The translations under genes and the position numbers were made by a program. From assembly GCA_902761535.1 (NCBI GenBank), contig CACWKS010000002.1, positions 270,611 to 334,610 on the forward strand: a stretch of DNA of 64,000 bases, given 5' to 3'. The notes beneath the pieces were generated by a model, which saw only the letters and a program-made list of their open reading frames with translations, did not search any database and had not been told where the DNA came from. Of the stretch, positions 12,727-22,193 are shown piece after piece. Position 1 is the first letter of the stretch; each line of letters opens with the position of its first letter. Source of the stretch: an uncultured Pseudomonadota bacterium. GTDB taxonomy: Bacteria > Pseudomonadota > Alphaproteobacteria > RF32 > CAG-239.

Positions 12727-13689
12727 TCACTGAGAAAGAATTTCACATAACACCATGTAAGATCTTTCCTCAAAGGGGTGAATCAGATTGGCCGCAATAC
12801 ATTCAACCACACCTGAGCTCAACCTTCTCTCAGAAGAAACTATCTCCTTTTGAGCCGCTGAATCCCAAATACCTATTTGCTCGGCATAGTAGCGAATCTT
12901 ACCCTCATCACCCGAGGACAAGAGCGCCACTTGTGACTTGGCTGACAAGCCGCCGAACTTTTTGAGATAAAACTTCAAAAAATCAATATCCTGAGAAACC
13001 AGTGTAATTTCATCTTCAGGATAAAACGGCACGTTTGAGTACTCAATCAAGTCGGATAAATCGTAAACTTTTGTATCCTCTTTGACAATAAGAGATAACA
13101 ACCCTTGCGGGACAGGATGATGTTGCAAATACAACTTGCAACAGTACGATAAGAAAGAATTCTTCTCGACTTCCTCCCACACTTTCAGCCCCATTTTCTT
13201 TGTCACCTCATGATTGACAACGTAGAATACCTTATCCTTATCATCGGCGCTTTCCCAGAAACGATCCAACACAGAATCTTCAAATGTCCATCTTTGGATA
13301 TAAGCCATAACCAGATTTCTATTCTGGATCATAATGCGCCACAACTGGCGATGCAATGTGAAATCAAAGGGAAAAACAGTAATATACATCATCAGCGCCC
13401 CAAATTGCCCTTTTTGGGCAAGCGCCAAAAGCTTTCTTTGTATATCAATGGGAATTTCCCTAAGTTTTCTTTCTTGATTGACAATCTGGCCAATCAAGAA
13501 ACTAAAAGCATTGTCATCAGTGAGCACTTCATTCACTAGGGATTGTGGCAACGAATCCCCTCTGAAGCTTGCACGTCGAACGTTTTCTTCAATCCGCGCC
13601 AGCAATTGCACATGCGCTAACGCATTTATTTTCTGCTGTTCCATAAATAATATATTTAAGTTAATAATTAATTTTATAACCCACAACAT
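12727..13689 (-). CDS. hypothetical protein (about 305-320 aa), compositionally atypical (GC-richer)
   Basis: long ORF with about 45% GC vs about 35% flanks; no recognisable family; alternative start at 13644. Confidence 0.5.
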   Translation of the reverse strand: MLWVIKLIINLNILFMEQQKINALAHVQLLARIEENVRRASFRGDSLPQSLVNEVLTDDNAFSFLIGQIVNQERKLREIPIDIQRKLLALAQKGQFGALMMYITVFPFDFTLHRQLWRIMIQNRNLVMAYIQRWTFEDSVLDRFWESADDKDKVFYVVNHEVTKKMGLKVWEEVEKNSFLSYCCKLYLQHHPVPQGLLSLIVKEDTKVYDLSDLIEYSNVPFYPEDEITLVSQDIDFLKFYLKKFGGLSAKSQVALLSSGDEGKIRYYAEQIGIWDSAAQKEIVSSERRLSSGVVECIAANLIHPFEERSYMVLCEILSQ

Positions 13690-13750
13690 ATTAACCTAAT
13701 TTGATTTTGTCAACAAATTATTAAATATTTTTTTGATATAATTCTTCATT

Positions 13751-14686
13751 ATGAAAAATAAAATTACCTTCTCTGCCTCAAATGAGGTTAATAAGTATAT
13801 TTCTTCATGGTTTGATTGGCTTGCTTCAATCAAAGGTTATTCTGTTCATACCTGTGATGCTTATATTCGCGATTTATCGATATTTTTTAACTTTTATACC
13901 GATTATCTCGGAACATTACCTGAATTATCCGACCTTGAAAATATTGAAGTATCGGCATTTCGTGCTTTTTTAAGTCGTCGCAGTGCTAATCACATCACTA
14001 AAAGCTCGACCGCTCGCGAGATGTCAGCATTGCGGAGTTTTTTTCATTATCTCAATCGTCAAAAAATTATCACCAATACCGTTCTTTCAATTATCTCATC
14101 ACCAAGACAGGAAAAAATCATTCCCAAAGCACTCAATGACGATGATGCCCAAGATGTTATTCAAACTGCCGCCGAAAATAAAGTTGATTGGATCGGTGCT
14201 CGCGATTCGGCCATAATCACCCTGCTCTATGGCAGCGGTTTACGCATATCTGAAGCATTGTCATTGAATATCGGTGACATTTCCTCAAATGATTTTATTG
14301 TTATCAAAGGTAAAGGCAATAAAGAACGTATTGTTCCTCTTCTTCCGATATCCCGGCAAAAAATCGAAGAATATTTGCTGCTTTGTCCTTATCGACAACA
14401 TAATGGCGATCCGATTTTTGTCGGTGCACGAGGTGAAAGACTGCTGCCGCGTATTGTTCAACGCCGTCTTGCTCAACTGCGGGAAAAACTCAATTTACCC
14501 GATTCGCTCACCCCTCATGCCCTGCGTCATACTTTTGCCACCCAACTTTTGGCTGAAGGTGTTAATTTACGTGCTATTCAAGAGCTTCTCGGACATTCCT
14601 CTCTTTCCACCACCCAACGTTATACCGAAGTCGAAATTGAACACCTCAAAAAGGAATACGCTAAAGCCAACTTATTAGAGCAATAA
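13751..14686 (+). CDS. site-specific tyrosine recombinase XerC/XerD family
   Basis: C-terminal catalytic box ...HALRHTFATQLL...LLGHSSLSTTQRYTEV with catalytic Tyr. Confidence 0.85.
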   Translation: MKNKITFSASNEVNKYISSWFDWLASIKGYSVHTCDAYIRDLSIFFNFYTDYLGTLPELSDLENIEVSAFRAFLSRRSANHITKSSTAREMSALRSFFHYLNRQKIITNTVLSIISSPRQEKIIPKALNDDDAQDVIQTAAENKVDWIGARDSAIITLLYGSGLRISEALSLNIGDISSNDFIVIKGKGNKERIVPLLPISRQKIEEYLLLCPYRQHNGDPIFVGARGERLLPRIVQRRLAQLREKLNLPDSLTPHALRHTFATQLLAEGVNLRAIQELLGHSSLSTTQRYTEVEIEHLKKEYAKANLLEQ

Positions 14687-14844
14687 AAAAGCATTGAAAA
14701 TATTCTGTGTTTATCTGCCTTTTAAGTAAAAAAATTTCTATATCACTATCGCAGATACGACCGGAACTTTTCAATGCTCAAATCAAATGCCTGAACTTTT
14801 GGACTAAACGTATAAACAGCTTATCGGTTGAACGATTATCTTCT

Positions 14845-14879
14845 TTAAACAAAATTAAACCGGCTGTTTCCAACCGGTT
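14845..14879 (-). terminator. rho-independent terminator after rpmG (aaaccgg...ccggttt)
   Basis: 7-bp stem 14857-14863/14873-14879, U-rich tract on minus strand. Confidence 0.5.
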
Positions 14880-14903
14880 TAAGATACAATCTTGCAGAAT
14901 CAA

Positions 14904-15071
14904 TTACTTTAATTTCTTTTCAACGAACTCTTCATGTTTTTTTGACTTCTTGTCATATTTCTTCAAAGTCAATTTTTCCGGATGAGTTCTCGGATTTTTT
15001 TCTGCCAAATAAAATGTACCGGTACCAGCTGTACTTTCCAATTTAACTTTAACTTTTACTGCTTTAGCCAT
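14904..15071 (-). CDS. rpmG: 50S ribosomal protein L33
   Basis: manual translation MAKAVKVKVKLESTAGTGTFYLAEKNPRTHPEKLTLKKYDKKSKKHEEFVEKKLK (55 aa); matches L33 pattern MAK..K.KL.S.AGTG.FY...KN.RT.PEKL..KK.D; SD AAAGAG; missed by ORF track (<60 aa). Confidence 0.85.
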   Translation of the reverse strand: MAKAVKVKVKLESTAGTGTFYLAEKNPRTHPEKLTLKKYDKKSKKHEEFVEKKLK

Positions 15072-15116
15072 TTCAATACTCTTTATTTAAGGTTAAAATT
15101 CAAAACATTTATGCGT

Positions 15117-15144
15117 AATATACATAAATTTTGCCGCCTGTCAA
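15117..15144 (-). promoter_or_regulatory. sigma-70-like promoter for rpmG (TTGACA-16-TATATT)
   Basis: read on minus strand: ttgacaggcggcaaaatttatgtatatt about 45 nt upstream of rpmG ATG. Confidence 0.5.
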
Positions 15145-15200
15145 CACAATTTTGCTTAAAATTTTATTTTTTTAATCAAATCTGCTATAACAATCCTGAA

Positions 15201-15938
15201 TTATGCTTTCTTTTTTGCTCCGGCTTTCTTTGATGCCGCTTTTTTAACAACATTTTTTTTGGTTGTTTTTTTATTTACTGCTTTAGATGCGGCAACTTTC
15301 GAAACCTTCGATTTTTTAGAAACTTGTTTGGCTGCGGATTTAGCTTTTGCCTTTGAAACAGCTTTTACTGCTACTTTATCAGCAACAACCTTTTTAACCG
15401 ATTTGGTTGAAACTTTCCTATTTTGCTGAACTTCTTTTTCCGTATCCATTTTAACCGGTTTACTCTTAAGTAAATCAACTGTTGGCAATTTTTTGACGTC
15501 AATTAAATTATATTTATCATCCAATTGACCGGCAATTGATTTTCCATACACCAAAACTGCAACCAATACTGCAAATACTATAACTACAGTCAAAAATTTG
15601 CGTAAAATTTCCACTCCGACCACAATCGTCATTACTTTTTCCAAATATTCCATTTCAACTATGGCAAATATTGAAGCAATTATTATCATAACCGCTGTAA
15701 AATATGGAATCCACCCTACCGATGCCAACATAGTGGCTGTAATCGGATGTCTGATCATCATATTATCAATTCTTTTAATCGGCACCAATATATTAAGCGG
15801 CAGTAAAAACAGTAATAACAACAAAGACAAAACACAATCCGTTATCAATGCCCCCCAACTTCCCTGCCAAATCAAAACCAGTGAAAATAACCAATAAATA
15901 CCGCCGATTATCAAACTTTGCTTCCAATATAAACTCAT
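15201..15938 (-). CDS. membrane protein (4-5 TM) with Lys/Ala-rich histone H1-like C-terminal tail
   Basis: hydrophobic N-terminal 150 aa; C-terminal 70 aa composed of KA/KS/KV repeats (…KAKSAAKQVSKKSKVSK…KKAGAKKKA); immediately downstream of lolD. Confidence 0.5.
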   Translation of the reverse strand: MSLYWKQSLIIGGIYWLFSLVLIWQGSWGALITDCVLSLLLLLFLLPLNILVPIKRIDNMMIRHPITATMLASVGWIPYFTAVMIIIASIFAIVEMEYLEKVMTIVVGVEILRKFLTVVIVFAVLVAVLVYGKSIAGQLDDKYNLIDVKKLPTVDLLKSKPVKMDTEKEVQQNRKVSTKSVKKVVADKVAVKAVSKAKAKSAAKQVSKKSKVSKVAASKAVNKKTTKKNVVKKAASKKAGAKKKA

Positions 15939-15957
15939 TTTTTGCTCCTTTACCTTC

Positions 15958-16686
15958 TTAATAAAAACTTCTTCCGCTTATATAACCTTCAGCCCCTAAT
16001 TCAATCAATTGACCATTATCCAACTTAACCTTACGATCCATCTTATCTGCCAAATCAAAATTATGTGTGGCAACCAATGCACTTAACCCGGTTTCTTTTA
16101 CTATACTTACTAATTCAGCAAACACAGCCTCCGAAGTTTTAGGATCCAAATTACCGGTAGGTTCATCGGCTAATAATAATTTAGGCATATTAGCCAAAGC
16201 TCTTGCTATTGCCACTCTTTGCTGTTCCCCTCCTGACATTTCAGCCGGACGATGGCTCATTCTTTTCTCCAATCCCATTCTTGACAGCAACCATTTAGCT
16301 CTTTCTCTGGCCTGTTTTTCTTTAACTCCATCAATCAATTGCGGAATCATGACATTTTCCAAAGCACTGAAATCCGTCAAAAGATTATGATATTGATAAA
16401 CAAATCCCAAATAATCTCTGCGCAACTCAGTACGCAAGGAATCACTGGCACCGGAACATTTTTGTCCTTCAATATAGATATCTCCTTTGGTCGGCTTTTC
16501 CAATAATCCGGCCAACTGCAGCAATGTTGATTTTCCCGAACCTGAAGGTCCAATCAAAGCCACAATCTCGCCTTTTGCAACCTCTAAATCCACCCCTCGT
16601 AAAACCTGCAAAGTCTGATTACCTTGCTTAAACGAACGATAAACATTACGCAATTCTAAAATTGGAGTTTTTAAATCATTACTCAT
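15958..16686 (-). CDS. lolD: lipoprotein-releasing ABC transporter ATP-binding protein
   Basis: Walker A GPSGSGKST, ABC signature LSGGEQQRVAIARAL; true start MSNDL at 16686 overlapping lolE stop (ATGA). Confidence 0.85.
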   Translation of the reverse strand: MSNDLKTPILELRNVYRSFKQGNQTLQVLRGVDLEVAKGEIVALIGPSGSGKSTLLQLAGLLEKPTKGDIYIEGQKCSGASDSLRTELRRDYLGFVYQYHNLLTDFSALENVMIPQLIDGVKEKQARERAKWLLSRMGLEKRMSHRPAEMSGGEQQRVAIARALANMPKLLLADEPTGNLDPKTSEAVFAELVSIVKETGLSALVATHNFDLADKMDRKVKLDNGQLIELGAEGYISGRSFY

Positions 16687-17929
16687 AGCGCAAAGCCTCC
16701 ACAGGATCCATTTTAGCGGCACGCCATGCCGGATACAAGGTCGCCGCAAATGACAACAACAAAGCCACGGATACCACCACGGCAACCTCCGCTATATCAA
16801 CTTTAGCCGGAAGCTTTGACAGGAAATAAATTTCTGCTGAAAACAAATCGCGCCCTAATACTCCTTGTAAAAATTGTCGGATTCGCTCAATATTATAACT
16901 TACCAACAAGCCTAATGCGACCCCTATCGAAGTTCCCACAATACCGATAAAAGCACCATCCATAAAGAAAATTCGCATTATCATCCCTTTAGTGGCTCCC
17001 ATCGTCCGCAAAACCGCCACATCACGCCCTTTATCTTTAACTAACATTATTAAACCGGTAATGATATTAAATGCCGCCACTACAATAATCAAAGTCAAAA
17101 TCACAAACATCACATTGCGTTCTACTTCAATTGCATTAAAAAATGCCGCATTACTCTGTTTCCAATCATAAATATAAGCATTACCGCCGATACTCTTGTC
17201 TAAAGCATCGCGAACAGCTTCCAAATATTTGTCATCATCCAAAGTAACATCTATATTGGTAACCGCATTTTTCAATCCGAAATAAAGCTGTGCACTTTCC
17301 AATGGCATAAAAATAAAGTTGGAATCATATTCAAACATTCCCGAATCAAACAATCCGATAATTTGATAAGATTTCATTCTTGGTACTGTTCCGAAAGCGG
17401 TTATCTTACCGTTAGGTGACAACAAAGTTATTTTATCTCCTTCAGTCAATCCCATCTTATGAGCCAACCGTACTCCCATTATAATTCCGTCATCGCTGTA
17501 ATATTGCATATCAACACCGGCTACCGCTTTTGCCAAAGCTTGCTTTTTCAACAAATCCTCTTTGGCAATACCGCGTACCATAACCCCTTCTGCCGAACGT
17601 CCTGCCGTTACCAATAATTGATTTTCAATCATTGGTATTACCGTAGTTATATGTTCAATCGACGAAATATCTTTTATTGCTTCGTGATAATTATTAAACG
17701 GATAACTTGTTGGAGCCATAATACCTATATGACCGTTAATCCCTAATATGCGACTTAACAATTCATGCCTGAAACCGTTCATTACACTCATTACAATAAT
17801 TAAAGTAGCCACACCTAATGCTATACCGGTAAAGGCAAATCCGGTAATCACCGAAATAAAACCTTCCCTGCGTTTGGCTCGCATATATCTTCCCGCCAAT
17901 AATCTTTCAAATTTACCAAACAATTTCAT
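16679..17929 (-). CDS. lipoprotein-releasing system permease LolC/LolE family
   Basis: 416 aa, N-terminal TM, large periplasmic loop, C-terminal FtsX-like 3 TM. Confidence 0.85.
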   Translation of the reverse strand: MKLFGKFERLLAGRYMRAKRREGFISVITGFAFTGIALGVATLIIVMSVMNGFRHELLSRILGINGHIGIMAPTSYPFNNYHEAIKDISSIEHITTVIPMIENQLLVTAGRSAEGVMVRGIAKEDLLKKQALAKAVAGVDMQYYSDDGIIMGVRLAHKMGLTEGDKITLLSPNGKITAFGTVPRMKSYQIIGLFDSGMFEYDSNFIFMPLESAQLYFGLKNAVTNIDVTLDDDKYLEAVRDALDKSIGGNAYIYDWKQSNAAFFNAIEVERNVMFVILTLIIVVAAFNIITGLIMLVKDKGRDVAVLRTMGATKGMIMRIFFMDGAFIGIVGTSIGVALGLLVSYNIERIRQFLQGVLGRDLFSAEIYFLSKLPAKVDIAEVAVVVSVALLLSFAATLYPAWRAAKMDPVEALRYE

Positions 17930-18013
17930 TCACCTGTATATCTTAACAACTCATTGCCTTTTTATATTACCTGAAGATATTTTTTACAACTATCATCAAT
18001 AACTTATACAAAA

Positions 18014-18052
18014 GAAAAAGACCTTTGGTACCCCGACCTCAGGTCTTTTATT
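18014..18052 (-). terminator. hairpin terminator downstream of FlaF-like gene
   Basis: agacct...aggtct stem with A/T runs. Confidence 0.4.
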
Positions 18053-18070
18053 TATATCAGCCTCACAAAA

Positions 18071-18742
18071 TTATCTGTGTCCGATTAAACCTTCAGAAAT
18101 ATGACGATTGATGTTAATTAAACTATTCAATAACTTATCATCAATATTATCCAAATTCTGTCCTACTTTAATGGTATTAGCTGCAACATAATCGGCCAAC
18201 TTAATCAAATTATCACGAGTCTCTTGAGGTAATTTAGTCTTACCTTTTTTCATCAATGTTTTAATCATAATCCATAATTTTTGATTGGTATCCAATGCTT
18301 GAACCAATTGCGTATTATCTTTTGACTTATAAGCCTCTGACAAATTCAAACCGCATTTGGCCAAATAATAGGCTTCTTGTTGAGCCATATTAGTATTAAC
18401 CGATTCCCTCAATCCTTCCGAAATCTGACGATTAATAGTAGCCAACGAGTTAAAATAACTGGCGCTCATATTAACACCCTTACTTAAGGTAACTTGCTCA
18501 ACATACTGCGATAATTTATACAAGTTATCTTTAAGCGGTTGCGGCATAATATTAGCTTTACTTTTAGTAGCAGCACCAATAGATACCCACATTTTCATAT
18601 TATCATCTAAGACCAATACTTTATAAGCACTATCGTTAGAAGTAGCCGCAGTTTCCAAATAACCAGCATACTCTTGCAAAAGATTTGCCTCTTCTACAGC
18701 TCCGTCAAGTTGTAATTCAATATCATTATTATTTTCCGTCAT
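18071..18742 (-). CDS. flagellar-associated protein, internally duplicated FlaF-like domain (tentative)
   Basis: two about 100-aa internal repeats each ending in ...L(N/A)(S/T)(L/I)N+.ISEGL; pattern resembles FlaF flagellin-synthesis regulators; adjacent to flgH-flgA-flgG-flgF. Confidence 0.35.
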   Translation of the reverse strand: MTENNNDIELQLDGAVEEANLLQEYAGYLETAATSNDSAYKVLVLDDNMKMWVSIGAATKSKANIMPQPLKDNLYKLSQYVEQVTLSKGVNMSASYFNSLATINRQISEGLRESVNTNMAQQEAYYLAKCGLNLSEAYKSKDNTQLVQALDTNQKLWIMIKTLMKKGKTKLPQETRDNLIKLADYVAANTIKVGQNLDNIDDKLLNSLININRHISEGLIGHR

Positions 18743-18991
18743 ACGTCTTTTCCTTCTATATAATATTAAAAATAACTAACAATACCCGACCTATTGCAAA
18801 AGAGAGGATGCGTCACGGTCTTTGGGGATATCGACCATAATATAGACGTCATCCTCTCCCCAGTCAAGTAAAATACAATATTATAAACCGTATTGTATTT
18901 TTTTTGTTTTTTTAAGAAAAAATTGGGGAGATTTTCTGCTTAAAAAAACTTTTACACATAATAATATTAGGGAAAACTTATCCTATTCAGC

Positions 18992-19753
18992 CTAAAACGG
19001 TGCAACTATATCCAATATCTGCCGCCCGTAACGCGGTTGTTGAACATCGGAAATAACCCCTTTGCCTCCGTATGAAACACGCAATTCAGCAATTTTGCTC
19101 GATTCTATAATATTATTTGATGAGATATCGGCTCTTCTGACGATTCCGCGCATATAAAGCTGACGCACTTCATAACTGATACGAATCTCCTGAGTTCCCT
19201 CAATTACCAAATTACCATTCGGTAAAACCTGAGTTACCACTGCTGCAAAAGTAACATTTACACTTTCTTTACGATCAATCTTGCCATCACCCTTTATTTC
19301 ACGATTAGAGGTAATGCCAACAGCATTCTCATTTTTATAATCCCCCGGCATTACATCTTCTAGAAATTTCTCAAATCCGAATGCCGATCCGATACTCAAA
19401 GAATCATTATTATCATCACGATTCTGTTCCATCTTATTTTCCATTAAGGCATTATCTCTGGTAGAAATCTTAACCGTTATAATATCTCCTACTTTTGAAG
19501 CTCTTTGATCTTTGAAAAATCCGTCTGAACCTTGCCTCCATAATGAATTAGCGGCATAAACACCTTCCTGTCTTTGCGGCATCGGCATTGATACCGGTTC
19601 ATACCCTTGCATTTCCACCGGATTAGATATCGGCGACAAGGGCGGTTCTTTTCCTACATCAGACAAACGTGAAAATATTCCGCATCCCGATAGCGAAGTT
19701 GCCATCAGCAACAACGCCGTACCTTTTATAATTTTTGTAGTATTATCTTTCAT
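18992..19753 (-). CDS. flgH: flagellar L-ring lipoprotein
   Basis: lipoprotein signal with LSGC lipobox, FlgH core; start MKDNTTK at 19753. Confidence 0.85.
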   Translation of the reverse strand: MKDNTTKIIKGTALLLMATSLSGCGIFSRLSDVGKEPPLSPISNPVEMQGYEPVSMPMPQRQEGVYAANSLWRQGSDGFFKDQRASKVGDIITVKISTRDNALMENKMEQNRDDNNDSLSIGSAFGFEKFLEDVMPGDYKNENAVGITSNREIKGDGKIDRKESVNVTFAAVVTQVLPNGNLVIEGTQEIRISYEVRQLYMRGIVRRADISSNNIIESSKIAELRVSYGGKGVISDVQQPRYGRQILDIVAPF

Positions 19754-19772
19754 GTTAATAGTTCCCCTGCTA

Positions 19773-20483
19773 TTATTCATTACTTATTTCCACCAAGCCG
19801 GCTCCTTTTGCTATGCCGACAATTTCTTTTTTACTGCCCAAATTAAGCAATTTCACGACCTGTCCCAATGCGGCATTATCCAAAGCCTGCATTTTAGAAG
19901 TTATTTGCAAACCTTTCTTGCTGTAAACAACTGTAACTGCCTGCCCTTTTTTTACCACTATTTCAGCTTGTAAATCTCCCTTCTCAATCAATTTACCCGC
20001 CTTCAAATTCTTTGCTGCCTGTTTACCGATTATATCCGCTTGATTCTGCCATGCACCGCCTTTTAACCGTCCTTCTCTTACTGTTATTTCTTTCAAATCA
20101 TCTTCTTTAATGATTGTATCCTTAACAACATCTTTGACCGGAACCCAAACTTTAACCATTTTATAATAACGACCGGCTAATTTTGTTTCCGTTGTCTTTT
20201 CTCCGTCGGCAAAAATTTCCGCATTGGCATTAAACTTTCCTTGTTCTTCATCTGTCTCCAGATTACTCAACATAATTTTAGCGTCATTGGCCTGTTCAAA
20301 ATAATAATCGGTTTTACCTCCGAAAATTTCTATTTCAACCTCATCACCAAGCCCCTGCTCAGCAAATTCCTGCTTAACAGCTTCTGTCATATCGGCTTTA
20401 GTCAACCGATATTCTGCCTGTGCCTCTGCTAAAGGTAAAATCATCATCAATGCCAAACTTGCCAATTGCCGATACATAATCAA
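19773..20483 (-). CDS. flgA: flagellar basal-body P-ring formation chaperone
   Basis: signal peptide, C-terminal SAF/FlgA domain, gene order flgG-flgA-flgH. Confidence 0.75.
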   Translation of the reverse strand: MIMYRQLASLALMMILPLAEAQAEYRLTKADMTEAVKQEFAEQGLGDEVEIEIFGGKTDYYFEQANDAKIMLSNLETDEEQGKFNANAEIFADGEKTTETKLAGRYYKMVKVWVPVKDVVKDTIIKEDDLKEITVREGRLKGGAWQNQADIIGKQAAKNLKAGKLIEKGDLQAEIVVKKGQAVTVVYSKKGLQITSKMQALDNAALGQVVKLLNLGSKKEIVGIAKGAGLVEISNE

Positions 20484-20491
20484 TCAATCCC

Positions 20492-21280
20492 CTACTTCAT
20501 CTGATTAATGGTATTAAGCATGGAATCCGAAGTAGTAATCACTTTGGAATTCATCTCATAAGCACGCTGAGCCGAAATCAACTCGGTAATTTCCGTAACC
20601 GGATTAACGTTGGATGTGTTGAGATATCCTTGCAAAATTGAACCGAAACCTTCCGAATCAGGGTTATCAATAATCGGATCTCCGGAAGCCTGGGTTTCAA
20701 TAAACAAATTATCTCCGATAGCTTCCAAACCGGCTTCATTAACAAAGGTGGCCAATTCTAACTGTCCGACATTAACTTCATCAACTTCACCATCTTGTTT
20801 AACCCAAACCTCACCGGATGAGTTCACATATACTTCAACCGCATCTTCGGGAATGGTTATCTCCGGTTGAACAACATATCCTTCATGAGTAACGATGGTT
20901 CCGTCGCCGTTACGTTGAAAAGCTCCGTCACGAGTATATCCGGTTCCTTTCCCTTCCGGCAGTTGAATGGTAAAATATCCTCTTCCGCGAATAGCCAAAT
21001 CCAAATCATTGCCGGTTGAAGTAAGCGAACCACCCTCGGTAATACGATAAATTGCCGAAGTTCTGACACCTAATCCCATCTGTACACCGGCCGGAACAAT
21101 AGTATTATCTGCCGTTGAAGATGATCCGGGACGTACCACGTTTTGATATATCAAATCACTGAATTCTGCCCGACGCTTGGTAAAAGCGGTGGTATTCATA
21201 TTGGCGATATTGTTGGATATGGTATCAACATTGGTCTGCTGTGCCAGCATTCCGGTTGCGCCTATTTGTAATGATCTCAT
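20492..21280 (-). CDS. flgG: flagellar basal-body rod protein FlgG (distal rod)
   Basis: N-terminal rod motif ISNNIANMNTTAF and C-terminal ANVNPVTEITELISAQRAYEMNSKVITTSD. Confidence 0.9.
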   Translation of the reverse strand: MRSLQIGATGMLAQQTNVDTISNNIANMNTTAFTKRRAEFSDLIYQNVVRPGSSSTADNTIVPAGVQMGLGVRTSAIYRITEGGSLTSTGNDLDLAIRGRGYFTIQLPEGKGTGYTRDGAFQRNGDGTIVTHEGYVVQPEITIPEDAVEVYVNSSGEVWVKQDGEVDEVNVGQLELATFVNEAGLEAIGDNLFIETQASGDPIIDNPDSEGFGSILQGYLNTSNVNPVTEITELISAQRAYEMNSKVITTSDSMLNTINQMK

Positions 21281-21298
21281 TTCTTTTCCCCTTATAAA

Positions 21299-22042
21299 TT
21301 ATGCCAAATCGGCAAAAGTTGAAATTGTATTGGTCAGACGAGTATGTTCCTCATCTATCATTTGTTGCACATAATCATAACTGCGTTGTATTTTGATTAA
21401 ATTAGTCATCTCGGCAATTGCGTTAACATTGGAATTTTCGACCATTCCTTGAATAATTCTAGCATCATCCGAACCATAATTAACAGCATTACCTTCAACG
21501 TTTTCAAACAGCACTCCGGCAGTTTTAAGCAATTTTCCCTCATCGGCAAAATTGGCAATTTTCAACCGTCCGATAGTACCGTTTTCTGTCATCACATCGC
21601 CGCTCTCCGATATCACTACTTCTCTTTCCCCCGGAGCAAAAAACAACGGTGCATTACTTTCGCTCAAAACTATATCCCCATCGGTTGTGGTCAAAGCACC
21701 TTCTTCGTTTATGGTAAATTGTCCTTTGCGGGTATAACGTTCACCGGCAGCTGTTTCAATACAGAAAAACCCTTTGCCGCGAATTGCCACATCTAAGTCA
21801 TTACCGGTTTCCTTAAAACTTCCTTCACTGAAATCGGCATAATCACCGTAATCTTGTGTAAAATAAATCGGATTTGCCCCAATTCCCTGTGCCGACGGCG
21901 TCTGTTGCAGATAGCTTGCAAACACTGCATCATCTTGTTTATAACCGGCAGTATTCATATTGGCGATGTTATTGGAAACAATATTCATCTGTTTCCATAA
22001 TGCCATTTGGCGCGACAAGGCCACATAGTTGGTATTATCCAT
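21299..22042 (-). CDS. flgF: flagellar basal-body rod protein FlgF
   Basis: N-terminal VSNNIANMNTAGYK and C-terminal rod motif. Confidence 0.85.
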   Translation of the reverse strand: MDNTNYVALSRQMALWKQMNIVSNNIANMNTAGYKQDDAVFASYLQQTPSAQGIGANPIYFTQDYGDYADFSEGSFKETGNDLDVAIRGKGFFCIETAAGERYTRKGQFTINEEGALTTTDGDIVLSESNAPLFFAPGEREVVISESGDVMTENGTIGRLKIANFADEGKLLKTAGVLFENVEGNAVNYGSDDARIIQGMVENSNVNAIAEMTNLIKIQRSYDYVQQMIDEEHTRLTNTISTFADLA

Positions 22043-22114
22043 TTATATTCCCCTTTTCTTTTCGGTGCTTTCCCTTTTGCACCTCGGATAATTTTTCACT
22101 TATGCCAAACTATA

Positions 22115-22130
22115 TGCAAAACCCGTGCCA
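22115..22130 (-). promoter_or_regulatory. sigma-54 (RpoN) promoter TGGCAC-N5-TTGCA upstream of flgF
   Basis: minus-strand sequence tggcacgggttttgcat about 70 nt upstream of flgF ATG; exact -24/-12 consensus. Confidence 0.6.
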
Positions 22131-22142
22131 AATTTTAAAAAT

Positions 22143-22175
22143 ATAAAAAAAAGAGAGCCTTTTCAGCCCTCTTTC
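22143..22175 (-). terminator. hairpin/U-run terminator after giant ORF
   Basis: aaagag...ctcttt stem and U8 on minus strand, separates giant ORF from flgF operon. Confidence 0.4.
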
Positions 22176-22193
22176 ATGAAGTTAATCTGATTA

